From contig NIVC01004173.1 in assembly GCA_002269645.1 (NCBI GenBank), forward strand, positions 1-56,770: a stretch of DNA of 56,770 bases. Reading direction: 5' to 3'. The position numbers were made by a program, and so were the translations under genes. Numbering within the stretch: position 1 is the stretch's first letter; each line of letters opens with the position of its first letter. The notes below the pieces were generated by a model. The model worked only from the letters and a program-made list of their open reading frames with translations, searched no databases and was not told where the DNA came from. Positions 24,254 through 37,725 of the stretch are shown here, piece after piece. The stretch comes from Macrostomum lignano. Its lineage: Eukaryota.

Positions 24254-25401
24254 CATTGGTTTACAAGTCTACGAGCGTATTTATGAAAATATTTAAATCA
24301 GGGGGGTTTAGGGTGGATAATTAAGAGGGGTGCAGTGCGCGACTGAGGAAACAGGCGAAATTAAAGAGCCAGTTAGAAGGCGTCTATCAAATGACAGGGC
24401 GCCCACCAAGACACCAAATATTGTCGCCCTTTGGACGGCCTCCTCCGATCGAACTGCATGCCCCACTGGATCTATAAAGAGTAAAGACAGGCTTTACTAT
24501 TTAGATTTAAAAAGTAATGGCATGCATGATTTCGATTTGAAAGCATGACTTTTACGAGCGTTTACGTAATTCTGTAATTGACTGACTATATATTTTACAT
24601 TTGTGCTAGTTCACCGCTCGTGAATTTCTAAGAAAGAATTCATTGTTTATGTGCTATTACAGATTTCCTATAAGTGCTATATTCAAGTGGTCACTATCTC
24701 CGACGTCTTCCTAGACAAAAATTATTCCTCAAGAAGGTGCTATTTATTATCTTAGATAATGCCCGATTTATGAGTTGGAACTAATAAAGAACTATTATTT
24801 TTGAAAGTACAGTATTCAACACATTTTCATTGTTTCTTATTGTCAACGCATTTCCCTATATTTCTACTATCAGTAGAGCATCAAATAAAAGTTTTTATAA
24901 TTAATATCATACGCGTAATATCCTGGTATAGGTATAGTATCGAAATTTGTATCTATTAATCTATCAATGCGGTTATTCATAGCTGAACATACTATAAATA
25001 CAAGGTTACTGTAGCGTTTCATTGCTTGTTAATCTTTTCAGCCACTAAATGCCCGATCTAGTATCACAATTTACATACAATGATTATGAGAATTCGTTCA
25101 TTTGTAGACTTTTTGTAGAAATTTTAAATATTAAAAACCTTTTTTCTACTCTCTAAATGTATAGTAGCTAGACAAAACTGCCAGTTTTTTATTCATGAAC
25201 ATATATTCCTGATCAGTGTGCTTATTATTGTTATTACCTTATTCTATCAGATAGCTACTATAAGTAGCTAAATTTTGGTTGAACCTACAAAATCGATTTA
25301 ATAGCTGTTTGCTTTAAAATATAAATTTTTTTAACGTACACTCACTAAAGTTGTGCGGTGTCCAATTGCTGTTTTTAATTAAACAGTGAGACATCAATCA
25401 C

Positions 25402-25455
25402 CTGCAGGCAGCCTCTGGTTCATTCTTTTCATCTGCAATAGCTCGTACCGCTTAA
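25402..25455 (-). CDS. Possible 54-bp symmetric phase-1 exon (KRYELLQMKRMNQRLPA), host gene unknown
   Basis: CATTCAG acceptor, GTGATT donor, open frame; the intronic-type minisatellite lies just upstream. Confidence 0.3.
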
Positions 25456-25479
25456 CTGAATGCAGACACAGGTGCCCAG

Positions 25480-25670
25480 ACACTGGGGATCTGGGAGCCT
25501 GGCTCAGCAACTGAGGATCTGGGAGGCTGGCCCAGCAACTAAGGATCTGGGAGGCTGACCAGCGACTGGGGATCTGGGAGGCTGGCCCAGCAACTGACAC
25601 TCTGGGAGGCTGGCCCAGTAACTAAGGATCTGGGAGGCTGGCTTCCAAGATCCGGGAGGGTGGCGGCCAT
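25480..25670. repeat. Short array of the 27/28-bp minisatellite family
   Basis: CTGGGAGGCTGGCCCAGCAACT units; ends GGGAGGGTGGCGG like the GPS2 array. Confidence 0.85.
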
Positions 25671-26159
25671 ATATAGTTCACAAACATACAAGCCTCTTTG
25701 CACATCAAAATATACGTAATTTGGTCCTTAATTTTGCAAATTAGATCACCAACAAAGGAAGCAGTCTTGGAGAAATTTGTACTTTTAAGTACTATCTATG
25801 ATGACGGGTTTAGGGGCGTAAATAGGAATTATAATTCCGAATGTACTTATATTTCACCGCGGCAAAAGTAGCGATGCATTACATACCATTTTTTGAGAAA
25901 CTTTGAATTTTGATGACAAAGTTTATTTGGCAATAAGATAAATTCAGCTGGTAATTGCACCATGATATTAAAGTAGAAATGCAATTTTACTAAGCTAATA
26001 AAATGCTGTCCAAAGTATGCAAGATGAAAACAGTTAAGTATGTAGCCTAACATACATTTTGATCTTTGTTAAGGATTAAGGAAATCAAATTGGAGGGTCT
26101 GAAGAAACAGTTAAAAGAACTGGATTATGGAATGGATATTTTTCTTGTTTACAATGTGA

Positions 26160-26888
26160 TGAGGGGATCTGGATTCCTATTGATTATGATGGGATTATGG
26201 AATCTGGATTTCTATTGATCATAGTGGGATTAGGAGATCTGGATTCCCATTGATCATAATAGGATTGGGGGATCTGGATTCCCATTGATCATAATAGGAT
26301 TAGGGGATCTAGATTCACATTGATCATAATAGGATTAGGGGATCTGGATTCCTATTGATTATGATGGGATTAGGGGATCTCGATTCCTTTAATTATGATC
26401 GGATTAGGGGATCTCGATTCCTTTAATTATGATCGGATTAGGGGATCTGGATTCCATTAATTATGATCGGATTAGGGGATCTGGATTCCTTTAATTATGA
26501 TCGGATTAGGGGATCTCGATTCCTTTAATTATGATCGGATTAGGGGATCTCGATTCCTTTAATTATGATCGGATTAGGCTATCTAGATTCCTTTAATTAT
26601 GATCGGATTAGGCTATCTAGATTCCTTTAATTATGATCGGATTAGGGGATCTGGATTCCTTTAATTATGATCGGATTAGGGGATCTCGATTCCTATTGAT
26701 CATAATGGGATTAAGGGATCTGGATTCCTATTGATAATAGTCGGATTAGGGGATCTCGATTCCTTTAATTATGATCGGATTAGGGGATCTGGATTCCATT
26801 AATTATGATCAGATTAGGGGATCTTAATTCCTTTAATTATGATCGGATTAGGGGATCTGGATTCCTTTAATTATGATCGGATTAGAGC
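26160..26888. repeat. 34-bp tandem minisatellite GATTAGGGGATCTGGATTCCTTTAATTATGATCG
   Basis: About 20 degenerate units, read directly. Confidence 0.9.
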
Positions 26889-26914
26889 TTCCACAAATCA
26901 AACCTCCCCAAAGC

Positions 26915-28314
26915 CTAAAAGTCAGCCTTAGTATAAGCGACTAAACAGAACTCGCACAGGTCGGCAAGCCTGTTGGCGGCCTCCTCGCTCAGCAGGCAGC
27001 GAAATCGCGGATTGGCCAGCCGGTCTCGGGTCGGCGCCGCGGCAGCCAGGAAGCCCAGGCGGACCAGATCGACCAGGCAGGGCAGGGCGGCGGTGGCGTC
27101 GAAGACCTGCGACTCTCGCGAGATCACCCGACAGATGTTCAGCAGGCGTTCCAGCGGCACCGGTCGGACGGCCAGGGCCTCCATAGCGGCGGCGGCGGCT
27201 ACTGCAGCCGGCTTTTTCTGCTTCTTCCGAGGCTTCTGCCGGCGACCGGAGTTGAAGGCGAACATTCGGCGATCGTGAGAGGGTGGCACGCGAGTGCACA
27301 GGAAGGCGGCCAGAAGGAGGAAGCGGCTGAGCAGCGGCAGGTCGGCAAACTGCTGCTGCTGCTGCTTCACGCCCCCGACGCCAGTCAGCGCAGCCGACGC
27401 GACTGGAGACGTAAGCGGAGTCAGCAGGCCGCGCAGATGGGAGCACAGGATCGCTTTGATCTTGCCGCCACCGCTACTAGCGGAGCAGGCGGACCGGCAG
27501 GAGGCGACGGCCTCAGCGATGAGTGCGGGCTGCCGCGTCATCGGGAAAGCGATGTCGACGGCCATCTGGACGATGGGGTCGCGGTCGCCGCCAGGTAGGC
27601 CAGCTGACACAATGTCCACCAGCTGCGGCTTGGTGTAGGCCGGCAGGTGGAGGCTGCGGGGGCAGATGCGATTTGGGATTTGGGATAGCTGGCTCACCGA
27701 CTGACGATCTGAGATGCTGGCCCAGCAACTGAGGATCTGGGAGGCTGGCCCAGCAACTGGGGATCTGGGAAACTGGCCCCCAGCAACAGAGGATCTGGGA
27801 AACTCGCCCCCAGCAACAAGCAAACAAACCAATAGGCAGAGGCGGCGGCCGCGGCGGCGCAGCCCCTGGCGTAGCTGGTCCAGGGCAGGCGGCCAACCAG
27901 CAGCAGGCGAGCGCCAGTCAGCTGCCGGATTCTCATCAGGGCGGCCAGTATTTTGCCGTCGGCGGACTCGGCCAGACGCTCGGCATCGTCCAGAGCGAGC
28001 CAGTCTCCGGGCCGGAGGCAGCAGCCGAGAGCGCTGGCCCAGTCGTCTGCGGGATCAGGCCTCCTGGAGCAGCCATCCCCGCTGGAAGCCAGGTGAATGA
28101 TGAAGTCTACCAGCTTCCTGACGCTGCCAGCCGACTCGGTGCAGGTGAGCCGCAGGTGAGGCAGGCCGGATAGCGCAGCCTCGGCCAGAAAGGTCTTGCC
28201 GCAGCCCGGCGGGCCCCACAGGTGTACAAAGGACACCGTGGACTCGGGAGGCTGTTCCAGCAATCGGCGAAGCTGAGCAAACTCCACTTCGCGACCAACA
28301 ATGCGAGTTTTTGC
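26915..28314 (-). CDS. ORC5: Origin recognition complex subunit 5; exons 28314-27830 and 27653-26915; ATG exon not found
   Basis: GREVEF...Walker A GPPGCGKT, LALDDAERL; C-terminal LPLLSRFLLLAAFL...DRRMF...PLERLL...LVRLGFL...RFRC matches the ORC5 C-domain; 176-bp phase-2 GT-AG intron containing the minisatellite. Confidence 0.88.
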
Positions 28315-28682
28315 CTGCAATATGTGCACGATTGGGAGGATATTATGCAGTTTTTATTGATTCTTTCGGAATACTGTATATCTGCTTATTTATTTTTCTA
28401 GTCTAGATCTAATTATGAGACCTCTGTAATACAACATTTTCCTAAGGGACTCAAGCTAAGTCAATTGACCAACTATATACACTTTATGTGCAAGCAGTGC
28501 AAGCTCATTTAATAGTATAAATTATAAAGCAGCAGAGTCAGTTGAGACTCCAAATTTCTCATTTGCATTAAGAAACCCACGCATTGGATATAGAATAAAG
28601 AAATCTAAAGCTTAAGGCTAAAGGTAGGCCTAACAAAAATGAGAATTTACTAGGATTTATAACTTTCCATTTTTTTAAATTG

Positions 28683-30043
28683 TGAAATACAATGGGTTTT
28701 CTTGGGGTGGCCTGGTAGGTCTTTGAATCCCACCGCTGCCACCAGTGAAGTACAGTGGGGTTTCTTCCCGGTTTAGGCCCTTGCGGATTACCTTAAGTCT
28801 CGAGCCTCTTCAGAGGGAAGTTCTCTCAAATCTCAGTAGCGTAGGTAATGCTGCCACCAGTTCCTTCAGGTCTCGGCCTTCGGTGAGGTGAGCTTCCCGT
28901 CGGAACGAAATAACGAAGTCAACGAACTCAGCACAGCTTGCAGATTTGCAGATTAATGAACAAGGCGTCCTGATCAGCAGATCCCCGCCGGGCTCAGGGG
29001 TGACTGGGAAGGCAGTGTTAGCCTCCCTTAGGCTTGGGCTTTAGTGGGGTCTCAGTCAGACCAGTACAAACGGATTCAGTACGCAAAGGGCACTTAGTTA
29101 GACACTGACGCACACGGGATCTTAGTGAATTCTCCTCAGATAAGAAGCCAAATCCTTGACGGAAACAAGGGGAGAGGGGTCCTATTTATAGCCGGGAAAC
29201 ACCCACGCACAAGACCTCGTGACTTGTTCTATTTTTAGAACTGACGTCACTTGAGGTCTCGGGGCAGGGTCTCAGTCATACATGCGCAACAGTCGGCCGA
29301 GTCGGCCGATCCGGCCGACCGATTTGGCGGCCAACCAAGTAAGTCGCAAAAATGCCCACCTGAAAAAATAACCAAATAGTAGTACTAAGTAGCTGACGAG
29401 GCATTTTGGATTAATAACACAGTCATAGTTACTCCTGCCGTTTACCTAAAGTTGCGTTAATTTTGCTTTAGGTTTTTTTTACATGTAAGTCGCATTTTTG
29501 GCCAAAAACTACGTCGCATTTTTGTTAAAACTAAGTCGCATGGCCGACCGAATTTCGGAGGTTGCGCATGTATGGTCTCAGTGCGCGCAAGACCTCGTGA
29601 CTCGTTCTATTTTTAGAACTGACGTCACTTAAGGTCTCCGGCCAGAGTACACGCGGCTGTGACTCAGTTGCTATTTTTAGCAACATGAGTCACTCCTCTC
29701 CTTAGAGAAGGGAGGGGTCCGAAAGCACGTGATTCTCCCGGTAAACAGGGCCAACGAGTGCAGCAAACATGTTTACTGCACTTTAGGACTCGAAGAACGC
29801 AGAGTCTGTCATGTGACTTGCTCACATGACAGGGGAAAACGGGACGGGAATGAAACAGACAGCCCACAGCAGAGAAGCTGAGGGCTGAGAACAGAGACGC
29901 AGAAGGGCAGAACAGGCCAAGGGCAGCAACAGACGGGCCAAGGGGGGCGGGAAGCTGACCAGCGGCAGACAGCAACCCAGGGCGAGGGCGAGGGAGACTG
30001 CTGACAAAGTGGGACGCCTAACATCAACTAGCGGATCACTACA
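28683..30043 (-). mobile_element. Solo LTR (TG...CA, 4-bp TSD ATTG), about 1.05 kb without the nested MITE
   Basis: ATTG at 28679-28682 and 30044-30047; minus-strand TATAAATA at 29183-29190; repeated enhancer-like blocks. Confidence 0.72.
29277..29574. mobile_element. 298-bp MITE with 14-bp perfect TIR and 8-bp TSD (hAT-like)
   Basis: CATACATGCGCAAC / GTTGCGCATGTATG; GTCTCAGT at 29269-29276 and 29575-29582. Confidence 0.9.
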
Positions 30044-33000
30044 ATTGTAACTTAGACAAAAAACTAGCTGTAAAATTTACAGTTAGGGCTTATCACATAC
30101 AAGTGTTATCAATATTAGTACCTATATTATAGGCTATAACAAAACAGTTTGAAATTTGATAACTTTATTCCTGCTTTATACTTTTAGCATTGCTATTTAA
30201 ATATGATCCATAAATATATATATTACTCTAGAATTTACATATAGACAATAAGATAAAGATAAAGATCTACTGAATATACTAAATATAGGACACTCACTTT
30301 GTACACTTTTATGCACAATGCAAAAAAGCTAAAGTATTATAGAACTAAAATAAAATTGTCTTTATGCCACTTATGCACTGCTAAATACTTATTAGGCCTA
30401 GGCCTAGCCTATTCTAGATTTTGACAATATTTATGATTGGTATTTTAGATGAACTAGATAGATAATTTGCTGATTAGTACAATCATTCAATATGTTTATA
30501 GGTATATATTTTTGTAGATATTAAGAGTGAGATGATAATTTGAGTATTTTTGCCTACTTTTAACATGTATAGTTTGCACATATATATTCTATCATGTCAT
30601 GTCAATCACCCTTTTTGATCTAGTTTCTAGCTAATTTTTATGTTCTAATTATAGACAAATACTATAATTTTATACAATAAAAGCTCTGATTTCAACCAAT
30701 AATACTAAGTTTCTTTTTTATAAGGTTTGCAATGGCAATTATCTAGGACAAAATATTTTTTATCTCTTTGACACTAGCTCTAGATTTTGGTATTAACTTG
30801 TCATAGGCCCTAACTTCTTCATGGCCCTTTGCATTAGGTCTAGATGTAGTAATATTAATCTTTTGCCTTATTGTAGCGCATGGCTTAGGTGCCCCAGACA
30901 CCCACCCTTACTGTGCCGCAATGGCACCTAAATAAAGATGTTAGACAGAGGGGAAGCACTTAACTTTGCCATATTGCACCCAGTGGGAGATTTAGGGGGA
31001 AAGCACACAAGGCAGATTTTTTTATATAGAAAAAAACACATTATAATGTATATGTACATTTTTGTCTATATCCCACTTCACTATACTACACTACACCTGC
31101 TGCCTTTTATTGCTTTGCCACATTGCGCCATGCCAGGATATACTTTATAAATCAAGTGCGCATAACAAAAAATATTTCACCAAGAAAGGCACACATAACA
31201 GTGGATTTTTTTGCCAGAAAAGTATGTATATCATTGGATTTAAATGTAAACAAGGGTAACACTAGCACCAATATTAATTTACTGAAGCTCCCTTATTGCA
31301 AAGAAAAATTTTAATGAAGTTTTGCATATATGTACATTTATTTTTTTTACTTTATACAAAATGCATTATTTGTTTTACCTAAATGAATTTTACCTTGGGT
31401 GCCATGCCACGCCGCACTATGCCAGGCTGATCTATGCAAGATACTGTTTACTAAAATGCCTATGCACTGTAATTGGGATCATTTGCATTTGTCTACCCAA
31501 TTAGGCCTAGGTCCTAGCTTATCTAAATTGTACTTGTGTTGTGTATTTGATGCTACAATATGAAATTATTGGGATAAGGCTAAAGAGGTTGGTTGCATTG
31601 GCATAGAGCCCAGTATTCAGGAAGTCAATTTTATTTATTGTTTTTTAAAGGCAATTGTTATTGTTACAATGATGATACAAATAAAAAGCAATGGTTATTT
31701 TTACAGTTAACATATAAAATGGTGCATGACTAAGATGTAAGACTACTTATATACTAAGACTGCCACAGCTAGGCCTATTACTAGCTATTGGTATTGAAGG
31801 CTAGGTTTTTTAAGGTTAGAAATCCAGTTGCTAGCTGGCTTTTAGGACTCAAAATCTAGTTGCCAATAGCTATTTTTGGTTGCCCATTGGCAACTAGCCA
31901 AATTCTTGAAGATAGATATTTCTAAGGCTATGTTTAAAAGGCAGAAATTTGTTCTCTTAACTCTAAAATTGCTATCAATATGGCAAACAATAACAAACCA
32001 ACAATTCCATCATATTGATTCATATGCCTATGGCACTTTTTATTAAATTTACAAAATCATTTTTTGAAATTGGCAACTGGCTTGTGGAAAATGAAGTTGC
32101 CAGATTGGCCTCTAACGCCAAAAATCCAGTTGCAAATGAGATTTTCAAAGGGCCAAAAAACCTTGTATAGCCTAAAAAACCCAGATTGAGAGGGAGCTAC
32201 CAATCTTCTAGCATTGCTATTCCTCTCACAGGTTCCTTTCTTGCAACCCAACCTTATCCTGCTGGCTCCCCTATCTACTCGTCTCCTTTTAGCACTAGGG
32301 GGCCTATCCAATAACATTACATATTAAGCCAAATTTCTCCTCTAGCTCCCTCAAGTGTGGTCTTGGTCCTATACCCATAAAAAACATAAATTAAATGACA
32401 ATTAACAAACTTTCACTGCAAAAAATAAAAGGTTCTTAAGTTTAAAAAATAAAGAAACATATTATTTATATACTAGGCCTATAGTAACTTATAATAGTTC
32501 TTGTTACCAACAGCTAGCTTTAAGCTTACTTATATAATTATTAACTATTAATGTAAATGAACTTTCTTCTCTATGATTGTAAAAATAGCCATTTTGCTTC
32601 TTACATATGATGACCATAAAAATAGCAGTTTTGCTATTTAAATTATATCTATATGGTTAGCCCCCTCCCTACATTAAGTTAAAACCTTAAGCCTAGACAG
32701 TGTCTTATGTGTTGACTGTAAAAAATGGTTTCGCTATTTATATGGTCACCATAGCATAACAATAACAACTGCCTTTTTTAAAACATTCTGCAGTTCAAGT
32801 TAAACAAATTTGCATAAGCCTGTTTGTACTTGATACAATACATCTTGGGTTTTACACATTTTATTATGCAATACAAGTTGTATCCTACATGTAATCAATT
32901 TTTACTTTGCATTTGTGCGGCATACTAACTGGCTAGGGCCTAACGAAAAACTGAAGCTAGCCTATCTAAATTGCAACTAGAACAAGAACGACTAGGGCCT

Positions 33001-34672
33001 ATTAGGCCTAGGGCCTACGGCCTAGTATTAGTATTTCTAGGGCCTAAGCGAATTTTTTTAAGTAAGCTAAATGGCTAGTTTAAAAAAGAAAGGTTATGCA
33101 TGTATGGACCAAAGCCTATCTTTGTAAGAACAAAAAACATAGAGTTTTTTACTTTAAGAGCAGGGCTGCATTCTGCATTATAATAACATGACATCAGTAT
33201 TTTGAAGTTCAAGCAGCACGCACGCATTGCAAATTCGATTTTTAATTGTTAGTAACGTGCAGTTAAATGAAGGACTCATTAAAAATTGTTTAAAAAACTG
33301 TCCTAGATTCTATCAGAGCTTGATAATTCACTCATTATTTTTCTATTTTTCCTAGCCGTATTAATGTTGCTGTTGCTAATAAAAACTTAGCATTTTGTGC
33401 TTCTTTTAAAATCTGGTTTTTCGATGACCTGCGAGAACTCAGTTGACCGTCGTCATGGTCAAACTGTGGCACAGTTGCGCATTTTTCGTCAAGCTTTTGT
33501 TCATTTGCTAAGTGAAATGGAGGCCTACTTAAATTACCCATTCATCTGGAGCATATGATTATCAAATATCAAATAATTGCGTTATAGGTCTAGAATAGAT
33601 AGTAAGAAAGGCTTACTATGTATGCACATGCTAGTAATAAATTGGGATTGGGAATTGTCCATGAATGCTTATAAAATTTTCTACATCAGGATCAGATTGA
33701 TAAGAGTAGCAAAATATGCACATGCACTTAACTACAGTGTAGGCTATCATAGTTTGCAACATCAATTAAGGCATCAAGGTATAGGCCTAGTGTATACTAT
33801 GTATGTATACAATTCCAAACTTATAAATTCTAAGCATAAGCAGAGAGGGCTACAGTGACAGAAATAGATAGATAGCTATATTGCTACATGCTAATACTTA
33901 TATTGCATGCAATATGTTGTCTATGATGCCAAGCCAGGCTAGTCAACTAGGAAAGTACATTTTCTAGGTCACTAGGTGACTAGGTCTAGACTCTTAGAGT
34001 TTTTTAAATTAAATAAAATGAAAGTTGTAGTCTAACAGGGGAAGGGGGCTACTCAATAAATATGTGCAATTTATATCAGTTTGGATATATTTTTTGTTTG
34101 TTTGTTTTTGTTGTATACTACTTGTACTTAATCAAATTTCTTTATTTGTATTCTTTGTCTTTTGGGATAAATATCTAGCTAACTAACCTATCTTAATAAT
34201 GCTAAAACAAAAACTATTAAGTAATATAAAGACTAGAAGTTTATAGTTTGTTACTACTAGCAAAATGTTGGCTTACAAATATTGGCTCATACAAGGTGAG
34301 ATGAGTATGTTTATCTTATCTACTACAAAAACCCCATAAGTCATGCCCTTAATATACATATAGGGGTGCAATATATACTGTCTCATTGCTTTCTACTTAT
34401 GACAATAAGAACTAAGGTTGCTATAAGTAGGCCTAAGCTTAAAATTATCTAGTTATCTAGTCTGTTTAAAATTACACTGTCTCATGTCTGTTTTAACTCA
34501 TGCCTTATGATAATAATAATATTAATATCAATTAAGTTAGGCCTGTTCAAGGCTATTTTATGTTATAATGTAATGATTTAAGTTTTAATGTCTAGAAGAG
34601 TTTCATTGCTGCTCCTGCCATTTACCCAATTTAAACTTTGTTTTCCTCCACTCTCTCTTATGCAATATTGCA

Positions 34673-35040
34673 ATGCCGTCTCCAGCTGCGCCACTGCTAA
34701 TGCGCCTGCTAGCCTGCTCAGCATCTGCCGCGGTGCGCGCTGGCGCCTATGTCCACGAGGTGATGCGCAGTGGCGAGCTCGGCATCGTCATCAAGGGCCA
34801 CAATGATCTGCAGACGCAGGCAGATCGAGGCGCCCAGCGGCTCATCACGGCCAACCTGCGGGCCGCCTTCCCTGGCCTGACTGTCATCGGCGAGGAGGAG
34901 GAGGACCCTGCAGCGGCGCCGCTTGGCCCTGATGAGATCGTTGAACCTCTGGACGAAGTGCTGCAGCAGTGTCACAGGTGTGCCAGGGCTGAGACTCGTG
35001 GCATTTCTGGACTTAGGGGAACTAACTAACTAACTAACTG

Positions 35041-35088
<48 letters not shown>

Positions 35089-35089
35089 C

Positions 35090-35131
<42 letters not shown>

Positions 35132-35132
35132 G

Positions 35133-35203
<71 letters not shown>

Positions 35204-35215
35204 GACTAACTAACC

Positions 35216-35250
<35 letters not shown>

Positions 35251-35259
35251 CAACTAACC

Positions 35260-35294
<35 letters not shown>

Positions 35295-35336
35295 CAACTA
35301 ACTAACTGACTAACTAACTAACTAACTAACAAACTG

Positions 35337-35383
<47 letters not shown>

Positions 35384-35590
35384 GACTAACTAACTAACTA
35401 ACTAACTAACTGACTGACTAACTAACTGACTAACTAACTAACTGACTAACTAACTGACTAACTAACTAACTAACTAACTGACTAATAACTAACTAACTAA
35501 CTGACTAACTAACTGACTAACTAACTAACTGACTAACTAACTAACTGACTAACTAACTAACTAACTGACTAATAACTAACTAACTAACTG

Positions 35591-35641
<51 letters not shown>

Positions 35642-35667
35642 GACTAACTAACTAACTAACTGACTAA

Positions 35668-35712
<45 letters not shown>

Positions 35713-36817
35713 GATTAACTAACTGATTATCTAACTAACTGAATGACTAACTAAATAACCAACTAAAAGAAATACATAAAAACCAACCCACCCTCTGTGT
35801 ACTGCAGATGCCCCGAAAAAGTACAAAACGTTCGACCCGAAGATCTAACAGTCTGGGTCGATCCACTCGATGGCACATCGGAATTTGCCGACAATCTACT
35901 CGACAATGTCACCGTGCTGATTGGAGTGGCACTGGAAGGTCAAGCTGTTGCCGGGGTGGTGTACCAGCCTTATTATCGCTACCTAACCGACCCCAGTCAG
36001 GCTGGCCGGCTGGTCTGGGGCCTGGACGGTCTGGGCATCTTCGGCATGGGCTCGGACTCGCACCGCCCTCTGCCCACTGGTCGCGTAGTTGTCACCACGC
36101 GCAGTCACGACAGCGATACTGTCACGGCCGCCGTGACTGCCTGCGGTCCTACTCAGGTAGTAGTGCAGTCAGTGTCTCCTCAGCACTGTGTGTTAGGCTC
36201 TCCTTTGCCCTCTGTGTGTGTCACCCTTTGCCCTCTGTGTGTGTTACCCTTTGCCCTCTGTGTGTGTTACCCTTTGCCCTCTGTGTGTGTTACCCTTTAC
36301 CCTCTGTGTGTCACCCTTTGCCCTCTGTGTGTGTTACCCTTTGCCCTCTGTGTGTGTTACCCTTTGCCCTCTGTGTGTGTTACCCTTTGCCCTCTGTGTG
36401 TGTTACCCTTTGCCCTCTGTGTGTGTTACCCTTTGCCCTGTGTGGGCTACCCTCCGCTGTCTCCAGTATTACCCTCTGCCTACCTATCCCTCCGTCGCCA
36501 TCTATAAAACCCAGACCCTCCGAGTCGGAGGCTGCGGCCACAAGGTGCTGCTGCTGCTGGAGCGGCGGGCTCACCTGTACATCTTCGCCTCGGCCGGCTG
36601 CAAGAAGTGGGACACCTGCGCTCCGGAGGCGTTGCTGCGCGCAGCCGGCGGTCGCTTGACCGACATCTTCGGTCGGCAGCTGCGCTACGATCCCGGAGTT
36701 GAACGGCCGAACAACCGCGGCGTCCTGGCGGCGATGCGGGTGGAAGATCATCAGCGCTGCGTCGAGGCCATGCCCGAAGATGTTCGACAGAAGCTTCAGG
36801 GCCCGAAGCAGAGCTGA
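34673..36817 (+). CDS. BPNT1: 3'(2'),5'-bisphosphate nucleotidase 1; exons 34673-34977, 35808-36156, 36515-36817
   Basis: DLQTQADR, VIGEE, VWVDPLDGT, VVTTRSH, LRVGGCGHK, KKWDTCAPEALL; phase-2 and phase-0 GT-AG junctions join in frame. Confidence 0.95.
35021..35765. repeat. (TAAC)n microsatellite filling BPNT1 intron 1
   Basis: Direct reading. Confidence 0.97.
36190..36440. repeat. 23-bp tandem repeat CCTTTGCCCTCTGTGTGTGTTAC in BPNT1 intron 2
   Basis: Units at 36361 and 36384. Confidence 0.92.
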
Positions 36818-36939
36818 TGGCCTGGCTGCATAGTGCAGTGTTTGCGCTGTCTATGGAGCACTCACAGCTTCCAGACATGTGCCACCAGAGTTTTCATTCT
36901 TCTTCATAGTGGGCCTACAGATTAGCTGTTAATGAGTTA

Positions 36940-36956
36940 TTAGTTAGTGGGCTAGC

Positions 36957-36996
<40 letters not shown>

Positions 36997-37027
36997 CAGT
37001 TAGTTAGTCAGTTAGTTAGTTAGTTAA

Positions 37028-37066
<39 letters not shown>

Positions 37067-37067
37067 A

Positions 37068-37114
<47 letters not shown>

Positions 37115-37115
37115 C

Positions 37116-37158
<43 letters not shown>

Positions 37159-37189
37159 CTTAGTTATAGTTAGTTAGTTAGTTAGTTAA

Positions 37190-37226
<37 letters not shown>

Positions 37227-37227
37227 C

Positions 37228-37258
<31 letters not shown>

Positions 37259-37277
37259 CAGTTAGTTAGTTAATTAA

Positions 37278-37310
<33 letters not shown>

Positions 37311-37341
37311 CAGTTAGTTAGTCAGTTAGTTAGTTAGTTAA

Positions 37342-37386
<45 letters not shown>

Positions 37387-37403
37387 CAGTTAGTTAATTA
37401 GTC

Positions 37404-37442
<39 letters not shown>

Positions 37443-37443
37443 C

Positions 37444-37478
<35 letters not shown>

Positions 37479-37479
37479 C

Positions 37480-37534
<55 letters not shown>

Positions 37535-37535
37535 C

Positions 37536-37590
<55 letters not shown>

Positions 37591-37659
37591 CAGTTAGTTA
37601 GTCAGTTAGTTAGTTAGTTAGTTAGTTAATTAGTTAGTTAGTTAGTTAGTTAGTTAGTC

Positions 37660-37690
<31 letters not shown>

Positions 37691-37725
37691 CAGTTAGTTA
37701 GTTAGTCAGTTAGTTAGTTAGTTAG
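36940..37725. repeat. (GTTA)n microsatellite, reverse complement of the intron-1 array
   Basis: Direct reading. Confidence 0.97.

Noticed and set aside
31801-32183. Possible MITE with CTAGGTTTTTT/AAAAAACCCAG ends
   Set aside because: TIR and TSD both imperfect; no second copy in the window
30050-34600. Short ORFs in the AT-rich region
   Set aside because: No motifs or splice-consistent structure; treated as intergenic
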